A DNA stretch of 64,000 bases, taken from a virus. Taxonomy: Duplodnaviria; Caudoviricetes. The first letter of the stretch is position 1; each line of letters begins with the position of its first letter. The stretch spans positions 3,810-67,809 of IMG/VR virus record IMGVR_UViG_2502957028_000003; one strand, 5' to 3'. The notes below the pieces were generated by a model. That model had not been told where the DNA came from, searched no databases, and was given only the letters and a program-made list of their open reading frames with translations. A program made the translations under genes and the position numbers. Below, in pieces: positions 28,219 to 37,189 of the stretch.

Positions 28219-29301
28219 TTAGCCGGAGTGTTTGGCGGCGTAGGTGGGCAGCACGATTTTGCCGAAGTCCTTGCTGTTGAAGCGGCAGGACTTCATGCCG
28301 ACAGTGGTTCCGACAGAGATGCCCTTTTCGTTGTCGTAGTCGCCAAGACGCTCAACCCATTTTGCGTACTGGTTGGCCTTGAAGGCTTTGCCGTCGATGG
28401 GCTTGTAGGCGTTGGCCCATGCGAGAACGCCAGCCTGGGCTCCCAGGAACAGGTTTCTGCGGACGTTGGCAATCGGGCTGTAAATCCTGGAAGATTGGTG
28501 CAGAATCATGTTGTTGTAGATGCCAAGAGCTCCGGTAAAGATGGGGTTCTTTGGCCCGCGCAGCGCCGCGTTCATCTGGATTTCCGGCCAGGTGATAGTG
28601 GAGGCGTTTGCTGTGTCCAGACGGAGGTCATACACGCTGTAATCGTGGAGAATGACCACATACATGTCCTGGCCGTTGATATTAACCGGACGAATGGGAA
28701 TTTCGTCGGAGTCAGGGGCTCCCGCCAGTTCCTTGCACTTATCCAGGTCGGACAAGGTGATAACGTCGTTGGAGTCCAGGTTTCCTTCGTCCGTGGCGAT
28801 CACGCCGGTTTTGGTGGCGCTACCGGCCAGAATGTAATGGTCGGTGTCAGGGGCGCTTGCGGCCTGACCGTGGGATACGGTTGTGTCGCCGCACAGGTTG
28901 CGGAAAAGCAGGTTGTCCAACCAGCCATACAGCCAGTCGGACAGGTTTTCCTTGGCGTCGGATCTCAGGTCGTGCAGGGTGCGCTGCTGAGACATTTTGC
29001 GGAAGGAATGGGCATGACGAATCTGGTCAACAACAACGGAGTCCTGTTCGTAAACAAGGGCTTCTTCGTTGCCCTCCAGGCGATTGTCGCCGGTGACGCC
29101 GGCGCCGGTGGCCTGTAGCAGCAGGTCGTACTTGATGGTGTCGCCTGCGGAGCTTTCCAGGTCATCGATCTTTTGAATGACTGAACGCTTGCTTTTGCCG
29201 ACAAAGCGCATAAGCATTGTGTGCTTGAGCGCTTCGCGCATGGTCAGGTCAGACCAATATTTTACCGCTTGGGGTGAATTTACTCCAAACTCAGTGTTCA
29301 T
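28219..29301 (-). CDS. Major capsid protein (N4-gp56/DUF4043-like)
   Basis: AGDTIKY, LEGNEEAL, DQIRHA, IFTGALG, NLFLGAQA motifs. Confidence 0.9.
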   Translation of the reverse strand: MNTEFGVNSPQAVKYWSDLTMREALKHTMLMRFVGKSKRSVIQKIDDLESSAGDTIKYDLLLQATGAGVTGDNRLEGNEEALVYEQDSVVVDQIRHAHSFRKMSQQRTLHDLRSDAKENLSDWLYGWLDNLLFRNLCGDTTVSHGQAASAPDTDHYILAGSATKTGVIATDEGNLDSNDVITLSDLDKCKELAGAPDSDEIPIRPVNINGQDMYVVILHDYSVYDLRLDTANASTITWPEIQMNAALRGPKNPIFTGALGIYNNMILHQSSRIYSPIANVRRNLFLGAQAGVLAWANAYKPIDGKAFKANQYAKWVERLGDYDNEKGISVGTTVGMKSCRFNSKDFGKIVLPTYAAKHSG

Positions 29302-29329
29302 TTGGTTCTCCTATTGAGAACCACCAGCC

Positions 29330-30490
29330 TTATCCCTCGGATGCGAGGAAATTTTCCAATGCTTTAATTTCTTCGTCTGTGGAGTTGAAGATAATGTCTT
29401 CGGAGGATTTCCTTGCGAGGGCGTCCAGGGTGGTGGGCTCTTGTTTTACTTGGTTGTTTAAACCGGTTAGGTTCCTTGCCTTGGACGTAATGGAAGCGAC
29501 CCTTTCGGAATCTTTGCGAGGGTCTTTGGACGGCGGGGCGGATGGCGCCGGTTTTGGATTCTGCATACCGGCGATGGTTTCAAGGGATCTGCGAAGGTAT
29601 TTCTTGGAAGCGGGGGCCAAGATAACATCGGCCATATCAAGGCCTGGAAAGTACTCGTTAAACTTAGCTTCCACTTCCGTGCCTTCATAGAGCGTCACGG
29701 CGTCAAGGACGGTCACGGGCCTTGCAATGCCTTTCGCCTCAATATAACCAAAGGCTATGTCGGCAAGCGCACTCTGCACCTGTTTAAAAAGCGGCCTTGC
29801 CTCCATGACAGAACCGTCCATGTCCTTGGTGGCTTCCGCAAAAAAAGCGTCCTCTGCCTTCTCTGCCTCTATTTGCCGGTTCATTTGCTCGGCAACCTGG
29901 ACTTTCGCCTGTAACTCGGAAAGCCTCGGGTCGTTCTGCATGGCCCTCTTGACGTACTGCTCAAGAACGCTTGCAGGAAGCGACACGTTGCCTTCGTCGT
30001 CGATTTCGGCGAGAATGCGCTCGGGCGCCTTTTCTTCCGGCTTTGGCTCAGGCTGCTTCCTGCTTTCTTCGACCAACTTCCTTAGCTGCGCCATTTCATC
30101 ACGCAACTGTTTGGCCTCGGCTTCTGCGGCCTTGCGCTTTTCCTTCTCTGCCTGCTTTGCCGCAAGCAGCCCCTTGCTTTGGCTTTCAAAGTCAGCCAGT
30201 CTGTCCTGAAAAGATTTAGGCTCCGTTTCATCGCCCGTTTCATCTTCACCCGGCGTCGGTGCGGGGCCCTCCTCTTCCTTGGCTGGTTCTTCATCAACCT
30301 TGTTTTCAGGCTCACCATCCGGCTCTTCCACGGTTTCCGCGTCATCGCCAGCATTGGTTTCGCCTTCGTCGCCCTGCGTTTCTTCGATGCCCTTTTGTGA
30401 ACTCTCCTCTTCGCCAGCGCTTTCAGGTGTAGGCTCACCGAGGATGTCGTTCACTGCGGACTCCATTACGTCTTTGTCTTCTTTTTCCAT
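29330..30490 (-). CDS. Scaffolding protein
   Basis: Acidic N-terminus, coiled coil; located between portal and MCP. Confidence 0.8.
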   Translation of the reverse strand: MEKEDKDVMESAVNDILGEPTPESAGEEESSQKGIEETQGDEGETNAGDDAETVEEPDGEPENKVDEEPAKEEEGPAPTPGEDETGDETEPKSFQDRLADFESQSKGLLAAKQAEKEKRKAAEAEAKQLRDEMAQLRKLVEESRKQPEPKPEEKAPERILAEIDDEGNVSLPASVLEQYVKRAMQNDPRLSELQAKVQVAEQMNRQIEAEKAEDAFFAEATKDMDGSVMEARPLFKQVQSALADIAFGYIEAKGIARPVTVLDAVTLYEGTEVEAKFNEYFPGLDMADVILAPASKKYLRRSLETIAGMQNPKPAPSAPPSKDPRKDSERVASITSKARNLTGLNNQVKQEPTTLDALARKSSEDIIFNSTDEEIKALENFLASEG

Positions 30491-30551
30491 TGTTCAACTA
30501 CTCCCTTTCGCCCGTATCGTCGGCGGCACGAAACACCTTTCCCGGTGAGGT

Positions 30552-30704
30552 TTAATGGTTTTTGTTTTCTTTGTTTTTATTGGGCTGGCCTTCGTCATCC
30601 TTGCCATCCCACCTGATGCCGTCATATCCCTTGCGGTACTTGTCAGAAGTAATCCGCATTTCCTTTGCCAAATACATGGTGCCGTTTTGTTTAATTATTC
30701 CCAT
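30552..30704 (-). CDS. Small hypothetical protein (50 aa)
   Basis: Overlaps portal stop; KYRKGYDGIRW motif. Confidence 0.5.
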   Translation of the reverse strand: MGIIKQNGTMYLAKEMRITSDKYRKGYDGIRWDGKDDEGQPNKNKENKNH

Positions 30705-32805
30705 TGGGCCTGCTCTCCCTGTTCCCTTGGTTTCTCAGGGCTGCAAACTTGGCGGCTGCGTCCAAAACCATCTTTGAATCTTCATGGTCAAGTTTTGCGG
30801 CGTCGATTACAAACTTCCTGTCTTCGCGCTCCCGGTCGTGGGCGAATTTGGTGCTGTCCTTTTGGGCCTGCGCCCTGACCTTCGCGGTCTTCACGGCAAT
30901 GTCGCCATCCACCTTTTTGGCCTCTGTCTGAATTCCGGCCATAACCTTCTGCGCCTCAAGTTGCTGCGCCTGCTGTGCGGCCTGTGCCTGCGCCTGTTGT
31001 TGGGCGTCGATATATTCAATCCATCGTTGTTTTTCAGTGGCTGGAAGCTGGAGTTTTTCAATGACAGTCTTCGGATCAACCGGGAAGCCAGCATGCATCA
31101 TTTCCATAAATACTTGCAATTGCAGCATATCTTTTGCAAGGTTACCAGGGGCCTCTTCAATATCCACGTTGAATTTCAGATTGCGGATATCGCGGATTGC
31201 AGCGGCCATTCCGTTCTTCGGGTTAATGACCATCCCGTTTTCAATCTGGTATTTTTCGTTGCCGCCAAGGATGCGGAGGATTTGACCGTCCGGCATGTAT
31301 TTGGAAATAATCGCAATGACGCGCTTGAATATTTCCCGGCGAACCCTCTTGTGTTCCTTGAATAATTTTTGAAGCAGGATAAGGCCCTGTCTCTGTCTGG
31401 TCTGAACAACAACCCCTGGCTCCTGTCTCCCGCTATCCTGTCCGAGCAAGTCGGGGTTAATGCCGGTGATTTTTCGTATAATGTCCTGGGACATTTGCTC
31501 CATCTGCATAGGGGCGCTTGGGAACTGCGGAGCGCTGCGCTCCTTTATCTTGCCGTCCCTTAATGCCCCACTTGAAACAATGCCGACGCCGCCAGGGGTC
31601 TTTCTTGCCTCACTGTACTGGTCAATGTCAGGCACGGCGCCGTCTTCAATATCGGTCCCTGGCTGCACCATGTTGTTCAGGAGGTTAAGCGCCTGGCTCC
31701 ATCGCTTGTTGATTTCTCTTTGCGGATCTTTCATCAGGCGTATTACGCCGAAATGATTGTTTGAACGCCTGGATGGGTCTGTGTTTGCGATGGACGTTAC
31801 TACCGAAAACCCGTCATAGGGCATAGGGGAGTCGCCGTCATACAGGATTTCATCCCCTATGAACTGTAACCACTTGACCTTCTTGTCCATCATGGTGTTG
31901 TATTCAAAGGGAGTTTTGTATTTCAGGATATAGTTGACCTTGAGTTGTTCGATGTTCTCCGGGTCAAACTCCTCCCACTCCTGGGTTTCCGGGTTAAACG
32001 CGACATGGCGTTTAAACGCCTCCCAATATTCCATGTGGCAGACGCGCACCCGATCTTTTTTCAGGTCGTAATAGTTGGCGTCTATCGGGCGGTCGTAATC
32101 GTCGTCATCCCCAAGGTCGTCAAAAATGTTTTCGTCTGTCTTGGGGTCGGGCGACTCGCCAAAGGAAGATGCCCTGCCGGTTTCCATGAACTCGTCAACA
32201 CGGTCGGCAAATTCAGGGTATCGTATTTTAAAGTCTTCCCGTGTAACCCACCTGTCCCAAAAAATATGGTTGGCGTCCGAGCCGTCGCGCTCCCGGCTGG
32301 CTGGGTCAATACGTATTTCGTGAACAGGAACAACAGACTCGTTCAGGATTATTTCCCCAAACCTTTTCGGGTCGATTGAAAAGTCAAGGGCTATGTGGCC
32401 GCGTCCGCAAATAACAACCGACTCAAAAAGTTCTTCCTCTCTGTCCTCGAAATTGTTTTCGTCAGAAACCCACTCAACAACGTCGTTCAGCACTTCACAC
32501 AGAAACCCGTCAGAAGGCTCAACGGGAGATGCAACCATCCTGACGGGATTGGACGAATTGACGCCGACAACCAAATCAACAGAACCCTTGCACACAGGAA
32601 ATGTGAGGCATGGCCTATTTTGCTCCTTGAGAATATCCCTGTCTTCCTTGGTCCACTGCCCTGTCCCGTCATAAAACCCGAAGTCCTCACGGAACTCCTT
32701 TTGCGTGTCGGAGTCCATGGTCCTTGCGTAGTCAAGGCGCCTTTTGGCCTCCTCGAGCTTGGACTCTTTATCCAATTTGGAAAATGGCAGCTTTTTGGCT
32801 TTCAT
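30691..32805 (-). CDS. Portal protein (P22-like)
   Basis: FYDG.GQW, RPCLTF, SVVICGRG, DPQREINKRWS motifs; C-terminal Gln/Ala coiled coil. Confidence 0.9.
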   Translation of the reverse strand: MKAKKLPFSKLDKESKLEEAKRRLDYARTMDSDTQKEFREDFGFYDGTGQWTKEDRDILKEQNRPCLTFPVCKGSVDLVVGVNSSNPVRMVASPVEPSDGFLCEVLNDVVEWVSDENNFEDREEELFESVVICGRGHIALDFSIDPKRFGEIILNESVVPVHEIRIDPASRERDGSDANHIFWDRWVTREDFKIRYPEFADRVDEFMETGRASSFGESPDPKTDENIFDDLGDDDDYDRPIDANYYDLKKDRVRVCHMEYWEAFKRHVAFNPETQEWEEFDPENIEQLKVNYILKYKTPFEYNTMMDKKVKWLQFIGDEILYDGDSPMPYDGFSVVTSIANTDPSRRSNNHFGVIRLMKDPQREINKRWSQALNLLNNMVQPGTDIEDGAVPDIDQYSEARKTPGGVGIVSSGALRDGKIKERSAPQFPSAPMQMEQMSQDIIRKITGINPDLLGQDSGRQEPGVVVQTRQRQGLILLQKLFKEHKRVRREIFKRVIAIISKYMPDGQILRILGGNEKYQIENGMVINPKNGMAAAIRDIRNLKFNVDIEEAPGNLAKDMLQLQVFMEMMHAGFPVDPKTVIEKLQLPATEKQRWIEYIDAQQQAQAQAAQQAQQLEAQKVMAGIQTEAKKVDGDIAVKTAKVRAQAQKDSTKFAHDREREDRKFVIDAAKLDHEDSKMVLDAAAKFAALRNQGNRESRPNGNN

Positions 32806-32865
32806 CTGAATATCCTAAGGGCGGGAGAATTGTTGCGGGGTGGTGAACTGCGGGGAGCCAAAGGG

Positions 32866-33276
32866 CTACTTGGTAAGTTCTTCGTAAATCTTCACAAGCT
32901 CGTCCTTCTTCTGGAAGTTCCACGGCCTGTCAAACTCTTTCCCCATGGCGACACAGGCATCGTACAGTTCCCTGCGGTCCATGCCGTCCGGCCCCGGTTC
33001 TGCATCGCCTTCGGGCTGGATATGGTCGGTTTCTTCCTCGTCGCCAGCGACTTCACAAATAGTATCTTCGGCCCCAGGCTCAACCACGATATCGCTCCCT
33101 TCGGGGTAAAACAGGACAACAGAAGATGTGTCGAGCATAACCCCGCCTCCAAGATTCATGCCTACACGGGCGGCGCCCCAGCACTTCCCGCTGGCCCCTT
33201 CCCTAAAGGCCTTGATATCCCGCTCGCGCGTGACCTTGACTTTGGTTCCGGTTCTAAGCATTGCGATGTAAGTCAT
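32866..33276 (-). CDS. Hypothetical protein between TerL and portal
   Basis: AAGGAG RBS; possible small C-terminal helical domain. Confidence 0.7.
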   Translation of the reverse strand: MTYIAMLRTGTKVKVTRERDIKAFREGASGKCWGAARVGMNLGGGVMLDTSSVVLFYPEGSDIVVEPGAEDTICEVAGDEEETDHIQPEGDAEPGPDGMDRRELYDACVAMGKEFDRPWNFQKKDELVKIYEELTK

Positions 33277-33291
33277 TGATGATTCTCCTTT

Positions 33292-34917
33292 TTAGGCCCC
33301 CATAAAGGTGCCTGTTCTTTTTTTCTTTTTCAGCTTGTATTTTTGTAAGGCCCGTCCAAGGGCCGTGGTGGATATGAGTTGGCTTGCTATTTCAAAATAC
33401 GCTGTGGCGTGGCGGTAGTGGTCGGCGCCTAATTTCCGGTAGTGATATCTGTGAATTCCGGTGTCCTCATCCTTGGAAAGCACCTTGGCTGTGGCGCACA
33501 TCTGCTTGGCGTATTCCCTGATTTCACTACATGGCGCCGGTATTTCGAATCGGCCGGGAGTCACAACCAGCTCGTGGGTTGCGTCCAAAACCTCGTTTCG
33601 ATTTACGGTCACGATATTGGAGTTGTGGTTGAATGAATAGTCGTCACGCTGGTGATCGGAATAGGTGCACCCATAAACGGGGAAGTTCGCATCCTTGATA
33701 AATTCCCGGACCTTCCTTGTTTCCGGCAAAAGGTCGAACACGGCAGCCTTAACATTGAATCTTTTCGCAAGGTCGTGGGCATCGTTAAAGGAACCAACCC
33801 TGGCCGCCTTGACAATTTTGCGCGTCTTGTCCTGCGGCTTGGTTCCAATAACTATGTTCAATTCCTTGCCGACATCCACACCCATAGCGCACGGCCCTTC
33901 GTGCCGTGTGTCCATGGCGTCCCTGCCGCAACAGGCAAAAACGTCGTTTTGCGCCAGGCGGTTTTCTGCGGCTATGTAGGCGCGGCCCAACTTGGAATTC
34001 ATGACTTCTGCAAGGTTGCCGTTTGGCGGATTATTGTATAGCCTAAGAATCTTGGCAGGGTCGATATAGGTGGACACAAGTTGGCTTATCCACCAACCGA
34101 CCATATCCTTTGCCCTGTCAGGATATTGGGCTACCCATCTGCCATTGGCAGGATTTAAAACTCCGCGCCTGCAATGGACGCAAAGCCGGATAACACGGCC
34201 ATCTTTCAACTCGGCAAGGCAATTTGGGAATTCCAATTCAAGGCATGTTTCCTTGCCGCAAACCCCGCACTTAATCATCCAAACCCGCTGGTCGGATTCC
34301 TGATAGAGTTTATCAATCCCGTAATCAGGAATTGTCGGGGTGCCAAGGTGGATTTCCTCCTGGATGGAACTATGGCTCATGCGCTCAATAGCGAGGTCCA
34401 CCATGTCGTCTGTCATTTCGTCCCGCTCGTCAAAGACAACGCGGTCAGCCGGAATTGACTTCAACTGAGAAGAACTTTTTTTATCCCCGATGCTCTTAGT
34501 GGCTCTTGCGCCGCGAAGATAAAGAAAACTCTTTCCAATCTTTTTGATGTTGGCGGCATCTGTATCCTGCACGAACTTGCCGATGGAATCCGGGTTGTTG
34601 GCAATCAGGGGATCAAATCTGGCCTTTGAAAAATCCTTGACGTCATCCCTTGTGGGGAAAAGATACAAACTACCCTGCGGGTATCTGCCATGAATCTGGC
34701 CGTGCATAGTCTTGATAACATTGACTTCCGTAATTCCAAGTTGAGCGCCCTTAATGCTGCATTGACGCGGGGCATCCTCCTCAAGCATGGCGTGTTGATA
34801 CTCATGCCCCTTGATTGAAAACTCGCTGGAGCCAAGTTTGACCTTGCTCATGGTAGCCCACAAAAAGGCGCTATGAGCCTGCACTCCGGTCGTAAGTTGT
34901 TGCTCGGTAAATTCCAT
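33292..34917 (-). CDS. terL: Terminase large subunit (GpA-like)
   Basis: KGAQLGITE Walker A, VVFDERD Walker B, GTPT, CGVCG/CVHC zinc motif, MGVDVG nuclease. Confidence 0.9.
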   Translation of the reverse strand: MEFTEQQLTTGVQAHSAFLWATMSKVKLGSSEFSIKGHEYQHAMLEEDAPRQCSIKGAQLGITEVNVIKTMHGQIHGRYPQGSLYLFPTRDDVKDFSKARFDPLIANNPDSIGKFVQDTDAANIKKIGKSFLYLRGARATKSIGDKKSSSQLKSIPADRVVFDERDEMTDDMVDLAIERMSHSSIQEEIHLGTPTIPDYGIDKLYQESDQRVWMIKCGVCGKETCLELEFPNCLAELKDGRVIRLCVHCRRGVLNPANGRWVAQYPDRAKDMVGWWISQLVSTYIDPAKILRLYNNPPNGNLAEVMNSKLGRAYIAAENRLAQNDVFACCGRDAMDTRHEGPCAMGVDVGKELNIVIGTKPQDKTRKIVKAARVGSFNDAHDLAKRFNVKAAVFDLLPETRKVREFIKDANFPVYGCTYSDHQRDDYSFNHNSNIVTVNRNEVLDATHELVVTPGRFEIPAPCSEIREYAKQMCATAKVLSKDEDTGIHRYHYRKLGADHYRHATAYFEIASQLISTTALGRALQKYKLKKKKRTGTFMGA

Positions 34918-34941
34918 GAAACCTGTAAATGGAGGGAATTA

Positions 34942-35103
34942 TTACTTCTTTTCTGGAAACTGCGAATACGTGGATTCTGCGATAGCTGCAAGGATTGCAG
35001 CCGTCTTTTCCGGCGAGTCGTCACGAACGACCATTTGCTCTTTGTTCATGGCTTCCAGGCGCATTTCGTTGAACTGCTCAATATCTCGGTAGGATTCTTC
35101 CAT
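34942..35103 (-). CDS. Small hypothetical protein
   Basis: AAGGA RBS immediately after tRNA-Ser. Confidence 0.5.
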   Translation of the reverse strand: MEESYRDIEQFNEMRLEAMNKEQMVVRDDSPEKTAAILAAIAESTYSQFPEKK

Positions 35104-35113
35104 TTTTTCCTTA

Positions 35114-35202
35114 TGGAGGAAGGTAAGGGATTCGAACCCTTGGAGCTTTTTACACTCGCCGGTTTTCAAGACCGATGCTTTTGACCGCTCAGCCAACCTT
35201 CC
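35114..35202 (-). tRNA. tRNA-Ser(UGA)
   Basis: Class II cloverleaf, anticodon loop CT-TGA-AA, encoded CCA. Confidence 0.95.
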
Positions 35203-35203
35203 T

Positions 35204-35279
35204 TGGAGCCGGTGGAGGGATTCGAACCCCCAACACGATGATTACAAATCACCCGCTCTGCCAGTTGAGCTACACCGGC
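35204..35279 (-). tRNA. tRNA-Thr(UGU)
   Basis: Cloverleaf, loop TT-TGT-AA, encoded CCA. Confidence 0.95.
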
Positions 35280-35593
35280 CTTTCTGAATCTCTTATGAAA
35301 TCAATGTCGTGGGTGAAGTCCATGTAGTGGTATTTCTCATAACCAGCGACTTCGTTCCAGATTTCAGCCATAATCTTGCTCCATTGGCCGAGTGAGGTAT
35401 AAAATGCCGACCCGTCGCTGAAAACAGGCGCCATGTTGTTCTGGTGCTCATGGCTTCCAATTTTCATGTTGCACATGACAACGGCGTCAAACAGGGCCTT
35501 GTAATGAGGGTTTGATGGGTGGTTTACAAGCCGGTTCGTGAGCCTGCATGCTTTATCCCAATCAGTCCATTTTTCAACAGTCAGTCTTTGCAC
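35270..35593 (-). CDS. Hypothetical protein between tRNA genes
   Basis: GTG start after tRNA-CAT; 3' end overlaps tRNA-Thr 5' end. Confidence 0.6.
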   Translation of the reverse strand: MQRLTVEKWTDWDKACRLTNRLVNHPSNPHYKALFDAVVMCNMKIGSHEHQNNMAPVFSDGSAFYTSLGQWSKIMAEIWNEVAGYEKYHYMDFTHDIDFIRDSERPV

Positions 35594-35607
35594 GGTCTTC
35601 CACTTTT

Positions 35608-35682
35608 TGGTTCCTGGGGCTGGATTCGAACCAGCGACGACTCGCTTATGAGGCGAATTCTCTACCGCTGAGATACCCAGGA
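35608..35682 (-). tRNA. tRNA with CAU anticodon (Ile2-like or elongator Met)
   Basis: Cloverleaf, loop CT-CAT-AA, T-arm GCTGG-TTCGAAT-CCAGC, encoded CCA; identity not resolvable by eye. Confidence 0.9.
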
Positions 35683-35689
35683 TTAGGTT

Positions 35690-35766
35690 TGGCGTACCCT
35701 GAAGGATTCGAACCTTCAACCTACGGATTTGGAGTCCGTTGCGCTGCCAGTTGACGCCAAGGGCAC
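35690..35766 (-). tRNA. tRNA-Trp(CCA)
   Basis: Cloverleaf, loop CT-CCA-AA, G73, encoded CCA. Confidence 0.95.
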
Positions 35767-35827
35767 GTAGTTTTTTAGTTTGCACCCCGACCCCCAACGG
35801 CGGGAGGGTTCCGTTGGTAGGATGGGG

Positions 35828-36322
35828 TCAGGGTGCGGTCGAACCGGACAGAGGGGGAGTTATCCGGTTCTGGTTGGATCGGTAAGCGGCGTAGTATCCG
35901 CCAAGGGCTTTCTTGTCTTCCGGCCTGATTGCCAGCGCCCTCTCGTAGCATTTCATGGCCTTTTCGTTCTCCCCTTGCAGGCGATAGGCCCACGCGAGGT
36001 TAATCAAACCGTTCATGTGGTAGGGGTAATCGTCCGTTAAATCCTCCAGGACTGCCGTTGCCCCTATCACATCACCGGTTTCAATCTTCGCGCGTCCAAT
36101 AAAGGAGCGCGGTTCCTTCTCCACGGGGAAAATTGACCACGCCTTTTCAGCCCAATATTCGGCAACGTCCCACATCCTTAACCGTTCGGCTGCGTCATAA
36201 ACCTTGTGGCATTGGTCGGCGCGGATTGCCTGGGCGTAAAGGATGCAAATGGTAATCGCCATGAGTAAGGCGACCATGGAATTGGAGCGGAAGCGGAGGA
36301 TTTCGCGGTGGTTATTTTTCAT
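35828..36322 (-). CDS. TPR protein with N-terminal TM segment
   Basis: VALLMAITICILYA TM; NLAWAYRLQGENEKAMKCYERALAIRP TPR. Confidence 0.8.
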   Translation of the reverse strand: MKNNHREILRFRSNSMVALLMAITICILYAQAIRADQCHKVYDAAERLRMWDVAEYWAEKAWSIFPVEKEPRSFIGRAKIETGDVIGATAVLEDLTDDYPYHMNGLINLAWAYRLQGENEKAMKCYERALAIRPEDKKALGGYYAAYRSNQNRITPPLSGSTAP

Positions 36323-36499
36323 AATTAGTAACTCATCCCCTCATGTCCGCGCATCCGCCAATACTGTCTATGCGCCTTGTGGTAGCGGCGCTTGGGCCCC
36401 TTGTGCTTGTCGGTATACATGTCGTAGTGGTGGACCCATAGTTTAATCCATGCCGACCTAATCGACCGGCTCCATAGAATGTCTTTTTTGTGGGCCATT

Positions 36500-37189
36500 C
36501 TATGTTGCCTGATATGAACACACAATCCCGCCAAAAGAAGGCTCCTTGCGCGGAATTGAGGCTGAAACCAAAACCCTTTTCTTGGACGCCTCAGCGCCTT
36601 GGTCTTCTTTGGAATTAAACTCGTCAATTATTTGTTTATTTTTGTTTCGGATATCTCTCAACTCACCCCTGATTAGGTTCAAAAATCTTCTGAATAAATA
36701 AACCGTGCCAGTTAACCCTATTCTGTCTTTGTTTTTATTTACGAATGAATCAATGCGCCCTTTTGCCGCAATTGAATTTTTATTTGATTCTTCACCCTCT
36801 CCGATTGCAAATAAATAAAAATCATTAAGGTCGAGCGGATACGTAAGCCCGTTGTAATCGCTGGCCATGGTAAGCCTTGTAAGAAAAAATCTATCATCCC
36901 TATTAAGTTTTCTGACAGCGCTATAAACAACAGTCTCTGCTTTTTCACTTACTAATTCAGGCGGTCTCTTGGCGTCCTTCGTGAAAAACACATCCGACAA
37001 AAGCGAATCTATCTTTTCAAGCCCGTAAATGTGAACTGGCTCTCTGGGCGGGACAATCTTTTCAAGTCTTCCGCAACCAGTATTGTTTGCAAGGGTTTCC
37101 ATCGGGTTTCCATTTGCAAAGTCGGAGCAGACGCCAATAGCGCCGTCATATTTTGCCCCGGAATATTTCCCACAATCACGACACTTCAT
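36500..37189 (-). CDS. Hypothetical protein, AT-rich, with N-terminal Cys motif
   Basis: Overlaps ligase stop; 229-aa ORF. Confidence 0.65.
   Translation of the reverse strand: MKCRDCGKYSGAKYDGAIGVCSDFANGNPMETLANNTGCGRLEKIVPPREPVHIYGLEKIDSLLSDVFFTKDAKRPPELVSEKAETVVYSAVRKLNRDDRFFLTRLTMASDYNGLTYPLDLNDFYLFAIGEGEESNKNSIAAKGRIDSFVNKNKDRIGLTGTVYLFRRFLNLIRGELRDIRNKNKQIIDEFNSKEDQGAEASKKRVLVSASIPRKEPSFGGIVCSYQAT

Noticed and set aside
9503-34835. Numerous + strand ORFs of 60-310 aa in the late region
   Set aside because: Shadow ORFs opposite well-supported structural genes; no motifs or RBS
35104-35797. ORF extensions running through the tRNA genes
   Set aside because: N-terminal parts are translated tRNA sequence; real starts lie just downstream of the tRNAs
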